A DNA stretch of 54,673 bases from Sphaerobacteraceae bacterium (GTDB lineage: Bacteria; Chloroflexota; Chloroflexia; Thermomicrobiales; UBA6265), in the NCBI GenBank assembly GCA_016781925.1, contig JADDPH010000093.1:1-54673 (forward strand), written 5' to 3'. The first letter of the stretch is position 1. Every line of letters starts with the position of its first letter. The translations under genes were made by a program, and so were the position numbers. Positions 28,552 to 38,767 of the stretch are shown one piece after another. The notes under the pieces are model-generated. The model had not been told where the DNA came from, did not search any database, and worked only from the letters and a program-made list of their open reading frames with translations.

Positions 28552-29484
28552 TCAGCGGGTCGTTTCGACCAACCGGTCGATCTCCTCCCGGTGCGGCATC
28601 GACGGTTGGGCACCCGCCTTCGTGACCGCGAGCGACCCCGCCGCGACGCCTACCCTGGCGGCCTCGATGGGGTCAACTCCCTCCGCGAGGCGCGCTGCCA
28701 TGGCTCCGCAGAAAGCGTCTCCTGCTCCGGTCGTGTCCACGACCTCGACCGGCGGTGCCGCGATTCGCTCCATGCGCTGCCCGTCTCGAACCACAGCACC
28801 GGCGGCACCGAGGGTGACAACAACGCACCGCGGGCCCAGCGCGGCTAATGCCTCTGCCACATCCACCCAATTGGGAGATCCATCAGAATGTTCCGATAGG
28901 CTGACCGCCTCGCTCTCGTTGACCAACAATACGTCCGCCAGCGGCACCAGCGTCCGCCCGTTTTCTGGCTCGGGCGTCGCGTTCAACATCGTCACAGCCC
29001 CCGCCTCTCGGGCGGCCTTATAGAGGCGCTCCAGCGTCGGAATCGGGAGTTCCAGGGTTGTCAGCACGACGTCCGGTCGCACCTGATCGAAGGCCGTGGC
29101 CGCCTGTTCCGGCGTCACCGTCAGCGTAGCCCCAGGCACGTACAGGATCCGATTCTCCCCACTCTCCTCTACAGCGATCAGCGCCACGCCCGACGCCATC
29201 GAGGCATCGATGGTCACCGCGGCCACGTCCACCCCCTCGCGTTGAAGGTCGGCGAGTCGTTGGCGCCCAAAGTCGTCCTGCCCCACGGCCCCCAAGATCG
29301 CGGTCCGCACGCCCGACCGGGCGGACGCGACTGTCTGGTTTGCGCCCTTACCGCCGCCGAAGACGTTGAAGTCGGACCCTGTCACCGTCTCCCCGGCTTC
29401 CGGTGCCCGCGTGGTCCGCGCGACCAGATCCGTGTTGATGGCGCCGCCCACCAGGACCGCGTTTCGGGCGTCGTTCTCTGGCAC
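28552..29484 (-). CDS. rbsK: Ribokinase (PfkB family)
   Basis: GGKGANQ, GQDDFG, NESE, VTLGAAG and DTTGAGDAF motifs. Confidence 0.88.
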   Translation of the reverse strand: MPENDARNAVLVGGAINTDLVARTTRAPEAGETVTGSDFNVFGGGKGANQTVASARSGVRTAILGAVGQDDFGRQRLADLQREGVDVAAVTIDASMASGVALIAVEESGENRILYVPGATLTVTPEQAATAFDQVRPDVVLTTLELPIPTLERLYKAAREAGAVTMLNATPEPENGRTLVPLADVLLVNESEAVSLSEHSDGSPNWVDVAEALAALGPRCVVVTLGAAGAVVRDGQRMERIAAPPVEVVDTTGAGDAFCGAMAARLAEGVDPIEAARVGVAAGSLAVTKAGAQPSMPHREEIDRLVETTR

Positions 29485-29512
29485 GTAGCCCCCCTCTGGG
29501 CTCACCGCTCGA

Positions 29513-32077
29513 TCACGACCGCCGGCGCAGAAGTTTCGATCGCAGCAGGGCTCTTCGGAGCTGCCGCCAGGCAAATCGCCCCTCTGCACTGGGAAGGACT
29601 GGACGGCCACCGTACCGCTCGGCAGCGTAAAGATCCGCCACGAGCCGTGCCGGCGTTCCCGCGGCTGGCACGGCTCGTCCGATCTCCGCCGCATACTCAG
29701 CTGGCGTCATCACCGGCGTCGGTCGCACCCCAAGCCAGCGTCCCATCCGGACAGCCCTCGCGTAAAGGGAAGCAGCGGGGCTCAATCCTCGAAGTCCCCA
29801 TCGCCACGCCCCAACTGCCGCCAGCGCCAGCGCCGCCAGGGCGAAGACAACCAGCGCCGAGAGCATGCCGACGTTCTTCTGCGTTCGGTCCAGGAGCGAG
29901 GGCTGCTGCCCGGACTCCGTCGTCGCAGGCGGCACCGGCGTCGACTCAGCGCCTGTCGCTGGAGTCGACGCTGGGGTCGGAGTCGGTGTAGGTGTGGGCG
30001 CCGGGTCACTCGTCGCTTGCGGCCGGTCCGACCCGTACTCGATCAGTGGGCGGGAAGCCGTCGGCTCAAAGGGCACCCAGCCATACTTCGGAAAGTAGAC
30101 CTCCACCCAGGCGTGAGCGTTCCGTTCACGATAGACGTAGGCACCGGTTCCGTCATCGTAGGGTACGGGATAGTATCCAACAGCGACCCGGGCGGGAATG
30201 TCGAGAGACCGCACCATCACCGCCATGGCGGAGGCATAGTACTCACAGTACCCCTCCTTGCTGTCAAAGAGCACGTAGTCGACCACGTCCTGGTCATCGG
30301 GCGGCGCCTTGATATTCTCCTCGTAGGTGATCCGTGCTCGCACCTCATCCTGAATCGCTGTCGCGATGTCGAAGGGGTTGTCCTCTCCCTCAGCCACCGC
30401 GGCTGCGAGATCCCGCGTCCGGTCCGTGATGGTCGTCGGGAGTTGCAGGTAACGGTCACGCACGTAGTCCGGAAAGTCGGTGCCCGCGACTCGCAATTGC
30501 CCGGGCGACGCCGTGCTTCGCAAGCCTTCAACCTCGTAGGCGGCTCCCACCCCGACCGGCTCCCGACCAAAGACGGCCTCCACATCGTCGTAGACTGGGA
30601 CCTGCCCGCTTACCGAGAGGGTTACGGCGCCGTCGTCCCCCACAGTCCACCGCGTGCGGAGAAAGCGGCCGCGCTGCGTCGCCTGTTCCGCCTCCACCCG
30701 GGCGGCCAGCCCTGGATCAGTGATGACGGGCTCACCGTCAGGACCCGGCGCGAAGGTGGCCTGCCCCAGCAAGTCTGCGAGGCCGAGCAGATCTGGCGGA
30801 AGGGCAGCATCGTCCTCGCCCAGCACAAATCGCTCCCCTTCGAGCTGGCGCCAGGAGAGCTGCACGCTGGTGGGCTGGTCACTCTCTTCGTAGGTCTCCA
30901 AGGTGAGGAGCAGGTCCCCCTTCGGCCGCAACACGGTCAGCTCGCCGGCAACCTCCGCCCGCGCCTGCGTCACCTCTGGCGAGAGGCTAACGTTCTGCTT
31001 CGGCTGAAACGTCATCTGGGGGGAGTACCGGCCGCCGTCGACGCCCCGCTCATCGAATGTCCGTTCGACATCACTGCGCCAGCCTCGGCCATCGTACCGA
31101 TCGTAGCGCCGGCCGACGAGATACGCCGGGTCTTCCGCCTGGAGTGCGATCACCGGATCGTCACTCAGGTTCAGCGGTCCACCTAACTCGAACGCATCCC
31201 GGAAAGCGGAGTACGAGCCACCGCTATTGCCGTTTGAACCAGACAGCGACCCGAACCACCGCTCCCACTGCCGCTCAACCGTCTCCCACCGGCCATCCAC
31301 CCGCTCCCAAGCCGCATCGAGAGCATCTCCGCCCGCATTCGTCGGTAGCGTCCAAGCCAGCAGGACCACTGCCAACGCCACGTTGGCGCCCACGCCCAGG
31401 AAACGCCAGGGCAGCCGCTCCGGGGCCGGGATGTGAAACCTGGACCACTCCTCCTGGCGTCGAAACGCGAAATGGCGGGCGGAGAGGGTGCACGCCGCGA
31501 CGAGGTAGACAACGAGAGGGCCCGAGCCATCGTCCGGCGAGTAGCCGAGATTGATCATGATCACGAAGCCGGGCAGCAGCACGGACGCCATCAGCCAGCG
31601 CCGTCGAAACAGTGTCCAGGCCGACATGTATGCCACCAGCCAGACGGTGACCCCCAGGAGCACGACGAACAGGTAGCGATCATCACTCTGACCGCCCTCC
31701 ATGTTCAGATCCCACCACCGCTCAGCGCGGTCCCAGAGGGCCAGCAGCCGCGCTCTCCGGTCCGCCCCAAGTTGCTCGGACACCGAAGCCACTTGAACGG
31801 CGACAAATCCCACCCCTACCCCGAAGGCGACGAGATGGGCGATCACATCTGGCACGGTCGTCTTCGCGAGTCCAAGTCCCACCAGAGCGGCGACCGCGGC
31901 GACGACGGGAAGGATCCTCAGCCCCTCGTCCCAGTCCGCTCGCTGAATGGACCACGCGGCCGACAGTACCAGGACGAGATGCAGCGCGACGGTCGTCCAG
32001 CCTTCGGCCGGTCGTAGCCCACGGATCCAGGCGCCCCCGTGCAATCCGCGTCGGCGGGGCGCTACCACGCTAGCCAT
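29513..32077 (-). CDS. Transglutaminase-domain membrane protein (TgpA-like, C-terminal DUF4129-like)
   Basis: Multiple TM helices; GYCEYYASAM, HAWVEVYF and GWVPFEPT motifs. Confidence 0.9.
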   Translation of the reverse strand: MASVVAPRRRGLHGGAWIRGLRPAEGWTTVALHLVLVLSAAWSIQRADWDEGLRILPVVAAVAALVGLGLAKTTVPDVIAHLVAFGVGVGFVAVQVASVSEQLGADRRARLLALWDRAERWWDLNMEGGQSDDRYLFVVLLGVTVWLVAYMSAWTLFRRRWLMASVLLPGFVIMINLGYSPDDGSGPLVVYLVAACTLSARHFAFRRQEEWSRFHIPAPERLPWRFLGVGANVALAVVLLAWTLPTNAGGDALDAAWERVDGRWETVERQWERWFGSLSGSNGNSGGSYSAFRDAFELGGPLNLSDDPVIALQAEDPAYLVGRRYDRYDGRGWRSDVERTFDERGVDGGRYSPQMTFQPKQNVSLSPEVTQARAEVAGELTVLRPKGDLLLTLETYEESDQPTSVQLSWRQLEGERFVLGEDDAALPPDLLGLADLLGQATFAPGPDGEPVITDPGLAARVEAEQATQRGRFLRTRWTVGDDGAVTLSVSGQVPVYDDVEAVFGREPVGVGAAYEVEGLRSTASPGQLRVAGTDFPDYVRDRYLQLPTTITDRTRDLAAAVAEGEDNPFDIATAIQDEVRARITYEENIKAPPDDQDVVDYVLFDSKEGYCEYYASAMAVMVRSLDIPARVAVGYYPVPYDDGTGAYVYRERNAHAWVEVYFPKYGWVPFEPTASRPLIEYGSDRPQATSDPAPTPTPTPTPASTPATGAESTPVPPATTESGQQPSLLDRTQKNVGMLSALVVFALAALALAAVGAWRWGLRGLSPAASLYARAVRMGRWLGVRPTPVMTPAEYAAEIGRAVPAAGTPARLVADLYAAERYGGRPVLPSAEGRFAWRQLRRALLRSKLLRRRS

Positions 32078-33347
32078 CGTGCGTTCGCCCTCCGACCGGG
32101 GAACCCGGCCCGTGCGTCGATGACAGCGCGATTCCGATGTCGTCGCCGTGCTTCACGAGGTGAGTGGGGATGCCAGCGGCCACCAAACCGCTGACCACAA
32201 GAAGCGAGCCGTCGGCCGGCGCGAAGGTGGCTGGCTCGACGACGATCGCCGCTGCCGGGACCTGGCGCCCGACGATCCCGACCATCGCAGCGACCCATGC
32301 CTCGTCGGTGGATGGGGTGATCGCGATGAGGCCGCTCTGCCGGCCGAAGCGCCGTCCCTCCACCATCAGCACCTCGGCAAGCGGACGATTCCCATCCGCC
32401 CGCACAACCGCGAGTGTCTCCAAAATCTTGATGTACTGACGGTCTGACCGATCAGCAGGGATCACCTCATGAAAGCCACCGCTAGCTATGAGTCCCACGC
32501 TCCGGCCCTCATCAAGGCACCGCCGAGCTAGCGAAGCGGCAATCGTGACTGCATACTCCGCGGTGGAATCGAGCCACCCGTGCAGCCCCATCCCATCCGG
32601 ACCCGCCGCGGCTGCGCGGACCTCGCCGGCAGCCCGGTGTTGCGTCTGCTCCAGGTCCAGGACGAGCCAGACGTCGGCACTTGGATCGAAGTCAAACTCT
32701 TTGATCATCAACTTCCCAAGACGTGCCGTGGCCGCCCAACTGATCCGGTTAAAGGCATCCCCGGTGGTGTAATCGCGAACCCCGGCGATGCTCGGGGTCA
32801 CGAACGGATTCCGCTGCGGGGTCGCCTTCCCTCCAGAGATGTTCCCCCGTGGCAGAGAAAACCTGCTGACATCAACGGTGGCTGGATAGACGATGAGCTC
32901 GTGGGAACCCGGCACCCGCATCGACCGCGGGAAGAGGCCGAACGGGTCGCCGGAACGGACCATCAACGGTCCAACGCGGTACCGTCCGCGTCGCACGCAG
33001 AGGGTCTCCACCCGCCACTCGGTCCGACCCCGCCCTCGCACATGCACCACCCGGCTCGCCTGGTGCACCGGCAACGTCGAGTAATCCCGTACCTCGAGCC
33101 AGAGCTTCGGAAACCACCCCCGGTTCCGAAGCTCAATCCGCTCCGCCACAGGCTGCCCGACCTGGGATCGGTCGGTTGACGTCTCTCGCGTAATGGACAC
33201 GGACCGAAGGCTCAACCGGCTCCACACATAGGCGACAATGAGGAGGCCGACGAGAGCGACAACCAGTTGATTGAGAAACGGCCAGTCGTTGACCTGGGCC
33301 AGGACCACGATCCCGAGGATCAGCAGGATAACCTTGAGCGCGTTCAC
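32070..33347 (-). CDS. DUF58 domain protein
   Basis: RRGRY, DPFGLF and VRDYTTGDAFNRISWAATAR..KEF motifs. Confidence 0.9.
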   Translation of the reverse strand: MNALKVILLILGIVVLAQVNDWPFLNQLVVALVGLLIVAYVWSRLSLRSVSITRETSTDRSQVGQPVAERIELRNRGWFPKLWLEVRDYSTLPVHQASRVVHVRGRGRTEWRVETLCVRRGRYRVGPLMVRSGDPFGLFPRSMRVPGSHELIVYPATVDVSRFSLPRGNISGGKATPQRNPFVTPSIAGVRDYTTGDAFNRISWAATARLGKLMIKEFDFDPSADVWLVLDLEQTQHRAAGEVRAAAAGPDGMGLHGWLDSTAEYAVTIAASLARRCLDEGRSVGLIASGGFHEVIPADRSDRQYIKILETLAVVRADGNRPLAEVLMVEGRRFGRQSGLIAITPSTDEAWVAAMVGIVGRQVPAAAIVVEPATFAPADGSLLVVSGLVAAGIPTHLVKHGDDIGIALSSTHGPGSPVGGRTHDG

Positions 33348-33353
33348 CGCCGG

Positions 33354-34349
33354 TCAGTCCGCCGCACGTCGCCCACCCCACCCGCTGCCGGCTCGGCCAA
33401 CGGGCTGGGCGCCGGGTACGGGCACCTGTCGCAGCAAATCCTCCACGACCCCCCGGCTGTCGCTGTTCTTCATTCGGGCGGCCGGGCTGACAATCACCCG
33501 GTGCGCCAGGGTCGGCTCCGCTAGCCCTTTGACGTCGTCGGGAATGACGTAGTCGCGCCCGCTCAACGCGGCCCAGGCCCGAGAGGCGTTATAGAGCGCC
33601 ACGGAGCCCCGGGGGCTGGCCCCAAGGTAGACATCCCCATGGTGCCGGGTCGCCTCGACGAGGGCAACGATGTACTCCTTCACCGGCTGCGCCACATGGA
33701 CTTCCCTGATCGCCGCCTGGGCCGCGACCAGATCCTCCACGCGCACCACCTGGGCCAAACTCTCCAGCGGGTGAGCCCGGTGCTGCCGGTCCAGCATTTC
33801 CAACTCCCCAGCCCGGCCCGGGTAACCGAGCGACAACCGGATCAGGAACCGGTCTAACTGCGCCTCCGGCAACGGAAAGGTTCCTTCGTACTCAATCGGG
33901 TTCTCCGTCGCCAACACCACGAAGGGAGACGGGAGCGGGTGCGTCACCCCGTCCACCGTCACCTGCGCCTCCTCCATCGCCTCCAGCAGTGCCGCCTGGG
34001 TCTTGGGGGTGGCCCGGTTGATCTCGTCCGCGAGAACCATCTGGGCGACCACTGGGCCGGGCCGAAAGACGAACGTTCCGCTCCGTTGGTCAAAGACGTT
34101 GACACCGGTCACGTCGCTCGGCAGCAGATCGGGGGTGAACTGAATCCGCTTGAAGGTGCTCCCGATGCTGCGGGCGATCGCCTTGGCAAGGACCGTCTTG
34201 CCGACCCCCGGCACATCCTCAATCAGGACGTGGCCGCGGCAGAGCAGCGCCACCAGGACGAGTTGAACTTCTCGCCGCTTGCCGACGATGACCCGCTCGA
34301 CGTTGTCGCTCGTCATCCGGGCGACGGCTTGGACGGTGCTCGGGTCCAT
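33354..34349 (-). CDS. MoxR-family AAA+ ATPase
   Basis: [39 protein letters not shown] and GASPR motifs. Confidence 0.95.
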   Translation of the reverse strand: MDPSTVQAVARMTSDNVERVIVGKRREVQLVLVALLCRGHVLIEDVPGVGKTVLAKAIARSIGSTFKRIQFTPDLLPSDVTGVNVFDQRSGTFVFRPGPVVAQMVLADEINRATPKTQAALLEAMEEAQVTVDGVTHPLPSPFVVLATENPIEYEGTFPLPEAQLDRFLIRLSLGYPGRAGELEMLDRQHRAHPLESLAQVVRVEDLVAAQAAIREVHVAQPVKEYIVALVEATRHHGDVYLGASPRGSVALYNASRAWAALSGRDYVIPDDVKGLAEPTLAHRVIVSPAARMKNSDSRGVVEDLLRQVPVPGAQPVGRAGSGWGGRRAAD

Positions 34350-34633
34350 CGGGCCTAAGGCTCCTCCCCGCACCGGCCCTACCGGGACGCGGGTTTCGGT
34401 CTATGTACGAAACTGGGGAGAGGGCGGTTTTGGCCTGGCCCAGAGCGGATTGCCATCATCAGCACACCTGCTTACGGCCATCGCGGTGGTGCGACGCCCC
34501 AGGCGCGTTGAACCGTCACAGCAACGTGAAAAGTATAGCAATCCTTGCTGCCCGATGCCCGTCCGCGCGGGACGATTGGCCGCGCCGCATCGACCCGCCA
34601 GGGCACTATACTCGCGTCACAAGGAGGCACACT

Positions 34634-37411
34634 TTGCCGAACTCAGACACTCCACCGACCGACAGCGAGCGCCCGACGCTGATGCTGGTCGATGGCTATG
34701 GGCTAATCTTCCGGGCCTATCACGCCCTCCCATCGACGCTCGCCACCGCCAACGGCGAGCAGACCAACGCCGTCTTCGGCTTTGCTTCGATGCTCCTGGA
34801 TGTCCTACGCAGCCAGCAGCCGGACTATGCCGTGGTCGCGCTAGAGGGCGGACGCACCTTCCGCCACGACAGCTTTGCCGACTACAAGGCGAACCGCGCC
34901 TCGATGCCGGACGACCTGCGGAAGCAGGTTGATCGGGTCCAGCAGTTGATCGACGCGCTCAACATCCCGATTGAGCGACGAGACGGCTACGAGGCAGACG
35001 ATGTCATCGGGAGTCTCTCGACCCGATGCGCAAGCGAGGCTCACCTCCGCGTCCTCATCGTCACCGGCGACACCGACCTGCTCCAACTCGTGGACGACGA
35101 TGTCCACGTGGTGCTGCCAGGTGCCAAGCGGTTTGGCGAGTTGCGCTTGTTCGACCGTGCGGCCGTGATGGAGCGCTATGGTTTCGGCCCGGAACGAGTG
35201 CCCGATTACAAGGCCCTGGTCGGCGACACCTCGGACAACATCCCTGGCGTGCCCGGCATTGGGGACAAGACCGCGAAGGCGCTCATCGCGCAATTCGGTT
35301 CACTCGAGCAGATCCTTGCGCATGTCGCCGACGTAACCCCGACCCGGGCCCGCAACGCCCTGGAAGCGAATGCAGGGCAGGCCTTGGAAAGCAAGCGCCT
35401 CGCCTCGATCGTGCGGGATCTCGATGTGCCCCTGGACCTCCATCACAGCGCGGTCGGCAACTACGATCGCGAGCGCGTCCTCGCGCTCTTTCGCGAACTC
35501 GAGTTTCGCAACCTTCAAGGCCGTCTTCCCGAACCGCGCCGGACGGCCTCCCCGTCGCCGCCCGAGGAACGTCAGCCGTCGCAGCGTGTCATCGTTCGGT
35601 CACCTGAGCAGCTCGACGCCTTAGATGAGCGTGTGCGGGCAGCGGGCGCGTACGCGCTCGATGTCGAAACCACCTCCACCGATCCGCTTGCGGCTGGCTT
35701 GGTCGGCATGGCGATCGCTGTCAGCCCCCATGAGAGCTTTTATCTACCCGTCGGACACGTCGGCGACGGCAACCTCGATCCGGCGCTGGTTCGTACCAGG
35801 CTGGAAACGATCTTCTGCGACGCGGGCCTGAAACGGATTGCGCACCATGGCAAGTACGATCTCCAGGTCCTGCGCCGGCACGGCTACGACCTGGCGAACA
35901 TCGACTTCGACACCATGATTGCCGCCTACCTCCTTGGCGAGACATCGCTCCGGCTCAAGGACCTGGCCTTCACGCGCCTCGGCATTGAAATGACCGAGAT
36001 CACGGAGTTGATCGGCACGGGTCGTGGCCAGATCACGATGGATCACGTCACCGCCGACGCCGCGGGCGACTATGCCTGCGGCGATGTGGAGGCGACCTTC
36101 GCCCTTCTGGAGCCCCAGCGAGAGCGACTCCAGGAGCAGGGGCAAGAGGCGCTCTTCCGTGAGATCGAGCTACCCCTAGTCCCAGTCCTGGTGGACATGG
36201 AGCGGGCGGGGATTGCGATTGATGTCTCCTACTTACAGGAGCTGTCGGCCGAGATCACGCAGAGGTTCGGGGAACTGGAGGCATCCATCCACGCGATGGC
36301 GGGTCGAGAGCTGAACATCGGCTCCAACAAGCAACTCGCCACCCTTCTCTTCGAAGAACTGAAGCTCCCGTCCGGCCGCCGGACAAAGACGGGTTACTCC
36401 GTCGACTCCGACGTGCTGGAGAACATCCGGGACCGTCACCCAATCGTCGAGGCGGTACTGGAATACCGCTCGCTTGGCAAGCTGAAGTCCACCTATGTCG
36501 ACGCCCTTCCTCAGCAGGTCAACCCTGCAACCGGCCGTGTCCACACCTCCTATAACCAGACCGTCGCCGCCACGGGCCGGCTCTCGTCCACGAATCCGAA
36601 TCTTCAGAATATTCCCGTCCGCACAGAGTTGGGCCGCCGTGTGCGGCAGGCGTTCGTCGCGGACAACCGGCCCGAGCACCGGCTCTTCGACGATGCGGTA
36701 CTCCTCTCGGCTGACTACTCGCAGATCGAGCTGCGTCTCCTCGCCCATATGAGCGGCGAACCGTTCCTTGTCGAAGCGTTCCGAACGGGGGAGGACATCC
36801 ACCGCGCCACTGCCGCGGTGGTCAACGGTGTGCCCCCGGAGGCAGTCACGCCGGAGATGCGTCGCGTTGCCAAAACGGTCAACTTCGGTGTCATGTACGG
36901 GATGCAGTCCTACGGCCTCTCACGGGACTCCGGCCTAAGCCGCGCCGACGCCCAGTCGTTCATCGACCAGTACTGGGCCCGCCTCCCGCGCGTCCGGGCC
37001 CTTTTCGATGACATCATCCGTTTCGGCGTCAACCACGGTTACGTCCAGGCGCCCAGCGGCCGGCGTCGCTACCTGCCGGACCTTGTGTCCAGCAACGGTG
37101 CCCGCCGCCTCGTGGCGGAGCGAATGGCCATCAACATGCCAGTGCAGGGAACCGCTGCCGACATTATCAAGATCGCGATGATCCGGCTTGCGGACGCGCT
37201 CTCCACCGGCAGGTTGCGAGCCCGGCTTCTCCTCCAAGTCCATGACGAACTCGTCTTGGAAGTGGACCGCCCGCATCTTGCAGAAGCTGCCGACCTCGTC
37301 GTCACGACCATGGAAGCAGCGTACGATCTCGCTGTCCCGCTGGTGGCCGACGTCCGCGCTGGCCAGAACTGGGACGACCTAGCCCCGCTCGCGCTTGCCG
37401 GTCGCCTCTGA
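34634..37411 (+). CDS. polA: DNA polymerase I
   Basis: 5'-3' exonuclease (YKANR, EADD, GDTSDNIPGV), 3'-5' exonuclease DVET, polymerase motifs DYSQIELR and QVHDEL; TTG start after AAGGAGG. Confidence 0.97.
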   Translation: MPNSDTPPTDSERPTLMLVDGYGLIFRAYHALPSTLATANGEQTNAVFGFASMLLDVLRSQQPDYAVVALEGGRTFRHDSFADYKANRASMPDDLRKQVDRVQQLIDALNIPIERRDGYEADDVIGSLSTRCASEAHLRVLIVTGDTDLLQLVDDDVHVVLPGAKRFGELRLFDRAAVMERYGFGPERVPDYKALVGDTSDNIPGVPGIGDKTAKALIAQFGSLEQILAHVADVTPTRARNALEANAGQALESKRLASIVRDLDVPLDLHHSAVGNYDRERVLALFRELEFRNLQGRLPEPRRTASPSPPEERQPSQRVIVRSPEQLDALDERVRAAGAYALDVETTSTDPLAAGLVGMAIAVSPHESFYLPVGHVGDGNLDPALVRTRLETIFCDAGLKRIAHHGKYDLQVLRRHGYDLANIDFDTMIAAYLLGETSLRLKDLAFTRLGIEMTEITELIGTGRGQITMDHVTADAAGDYACGDVEATFALLEPQRERLQEQGQEALFREIELPLVPVLVDMERAGIAIDVSYLQELSAEITQRFGELEASIHAMAGRELNIGSNKQLATLLFEELKLPSGRRTKTGYSVDSDVLENIRDRHPIVEAVLEYRSLGKLKSTYVDALPQQVNPATGRVHTSYNQTVAATGRLSSTNPNLQNIPVRTELGRRVRQAFVADNRPEHRLFDDAVLLSADYSQIELRLLAHMSGEPFLVEAFRTGEDIHRATAAVVNGVPPEAVTPEMRRVAKTVNFGVMYGMQSYGLSRDSGLSRADAQSFIDQYWARLPRVRALFDDIIRFGVNHGYVQAPSGRRRYLPDLVSSNGARRLVAERMAINMPVQGTAADIIKIAMIRLADALSTGRLRARLLLQVHDELVLEVDRPHLAEAADLVVTTMEAAYDLAVPLVADVRAGQNWDDLAPLALAGRL

Positions 37412-37438
37412 CTGGGCTCAATACTTCCCTTCGGAAAC

Positions 37439-37468
37439 CTTGAGTTAAACGACTCAATTCGGTAGAAT
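37439..37468 (+). promoter_or_regulatory. sigma70 promoter overlapped by inverted repeat TTGAGT-N6-ACTCAA
   Basis: TTGAGT-17 nt-TAGAAT; palindrome at 37440-37457. Confidence 0.6.
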
Positions 37469-37516
37469 CGACACGTAACTTGCCCGTGGTGTGAGATCCG
37501 AGGAGACGAGCGTCCG

Positions 37517-37858
37517 ATGCCGACCTACGCGTACCGGTGTACCGCCTGCGAGCACCGCTTTGAGCAGTTTCAGCGCATGGCGGACGATCCACTGACCGAG
37601 TGTCCCGTCTGTCATGGCTTGGTCAAGCGCGTTATCCACCCGGTCGGAGTCGTCTTCAAGGGCTCCGGGTGGTACATCACCGACAGCCGCAAGACGTCAA
37701 GTGACAACGGCACGTCGGACAAGAAGCCTGAGACGACAGCGGGTGAGAAGCCGGCTGAGACCGCTAAAGCCGCCAAGACGGAGACAGCCAAAAGCAGCGA
37801 GAGCAGTAGCTCGGAGGCTAAATCGACGGCACCGGGCAAGCCGCTAGCAGCTGATTAG
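37517..37858 (+). CDS. FmdB-family zinc ribbon regulatory protein
   Basis: MPTYAYRCxxC...CPxC...FKGSGWYITD. Confidence 0.92.
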   Translation: MPTYAYRCTACEHRFEQFQRMADDPLTECPVCHGLVKRVIHPVGVVFKGSGWYITDSRKTSSDNGTSDKKPETTAGEKPAETAKAAKTETAKSSESSSSEAKSTAPGKPLAAD

Positions 37859-38023
37859 GGACCGAGGACGACACCGTGACGGACCGACGGCAGCCCTGCT
37901 GCTTCTTCCATCCGGAGCGCCACGGCGTCGGGGTGGGTGGCTTTCCCGGCTGTCCGTAGGGGTGCGGCGTTGTCGCGCTGACCGCTCCGTCCCGTCCCGT
38001 CGTCCATCGAAACGAGCAGCCCT

Positions 38024-38689
38024 ATGTCCCTGTCTGGCACCCTCCGCGCCATCCGTGAGCGAGACCCTGCGGCTCGCTCCAATCTGGAAGTTCTCCTCAC
38101 GTACCCCGGCCTGCACGCGCTCGCCATCTACCGCGTCGCCTCCTGGCTCCACCGCCGCCGGCGGCGGCTGCTCGCTCGCCTAGCCTCCCACCTCGGTCGC
38201 TTCCTGACCGGCATCGAGATCCATCCCGGCGCAACAATCGGTCAGCGCCTCTTTATCGACCACGGTATGGGTGTGGTCATCGGAGAGACCGCCGTCGTGG
38301 GGAACGATGTCACCCTGTATCAAGGCGTCACCCTGGGTGGGACCGGGAAGGAGCGCGGCAAACGTCATCCGACAATTGGCGACAACGTCACGATCGGCGT
38401 CGGCGCGAAAATTCTGGGCGCTGTCCAGGTCGGTGAAGGTGCCAAGGTTGGCGGGGGCGCGGTCGTCCTGCATGACGTTCCTCCCCGCAGCACCGCCGTT
38501 GGCGTTCCGGCTCGGGCGGTCCGACTCCCAGCGCCTTCGATGCCTGAGCCGAGCCGCCTAGAGCGACTGCCCGACCCGGAGCGGGATACGTTGATTGCGC
38601 TTGCTCGCCGGATCGAGGACCTGGAGCAGAAGGTGCACGATCTGGAAGCGTCTCACGCCTCACCTGACGCCCACCATGCTCTCGCCTGA
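38024..38689 (+). CDS. cysE: Serine O-acetyltransferase
   Basis: [26 protein letters not shown] and hexapeptide repeats. Confidence 0.95.
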   Translation: MSLSGTLRAIRERDPAARSNLEVLLTYPGLHALAIYRVASWLHRRRRRLLARLASHLGRFLTGIEIHPGATIGQRLFIDHGMGVVIGETAVVGNDVTLYQGVTLGGTGKERGKRHPTIGDNVTIGVGAKILGAVQVGEGAKVGGGAVVLHDVPPRSTAVGVPARAVRLPAPSMPEPSRLERLPDPERDTLIALARRIEDLEQKVHDLEASHASPDAHHALA

Positions 38690-38767
38690 CTTGGGCGCCA
38701 GTCGCTCAGTTCCCACCCGGCCCGACGCTCGACGTGATTGACATCATCAATAGGAGTGATCGCCCGC

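Noticed and set aside
29513-34349. MoxR-DUF58-transglutaminase as a novel system
   Set aside because: This is a well-known, widespread operon.
37860-38023. T-box leader upstream of cysE-cysS
   Set aside because: No GGUGG-NACC-RCG T-box sequence or terminator/antiterminator pair was found.
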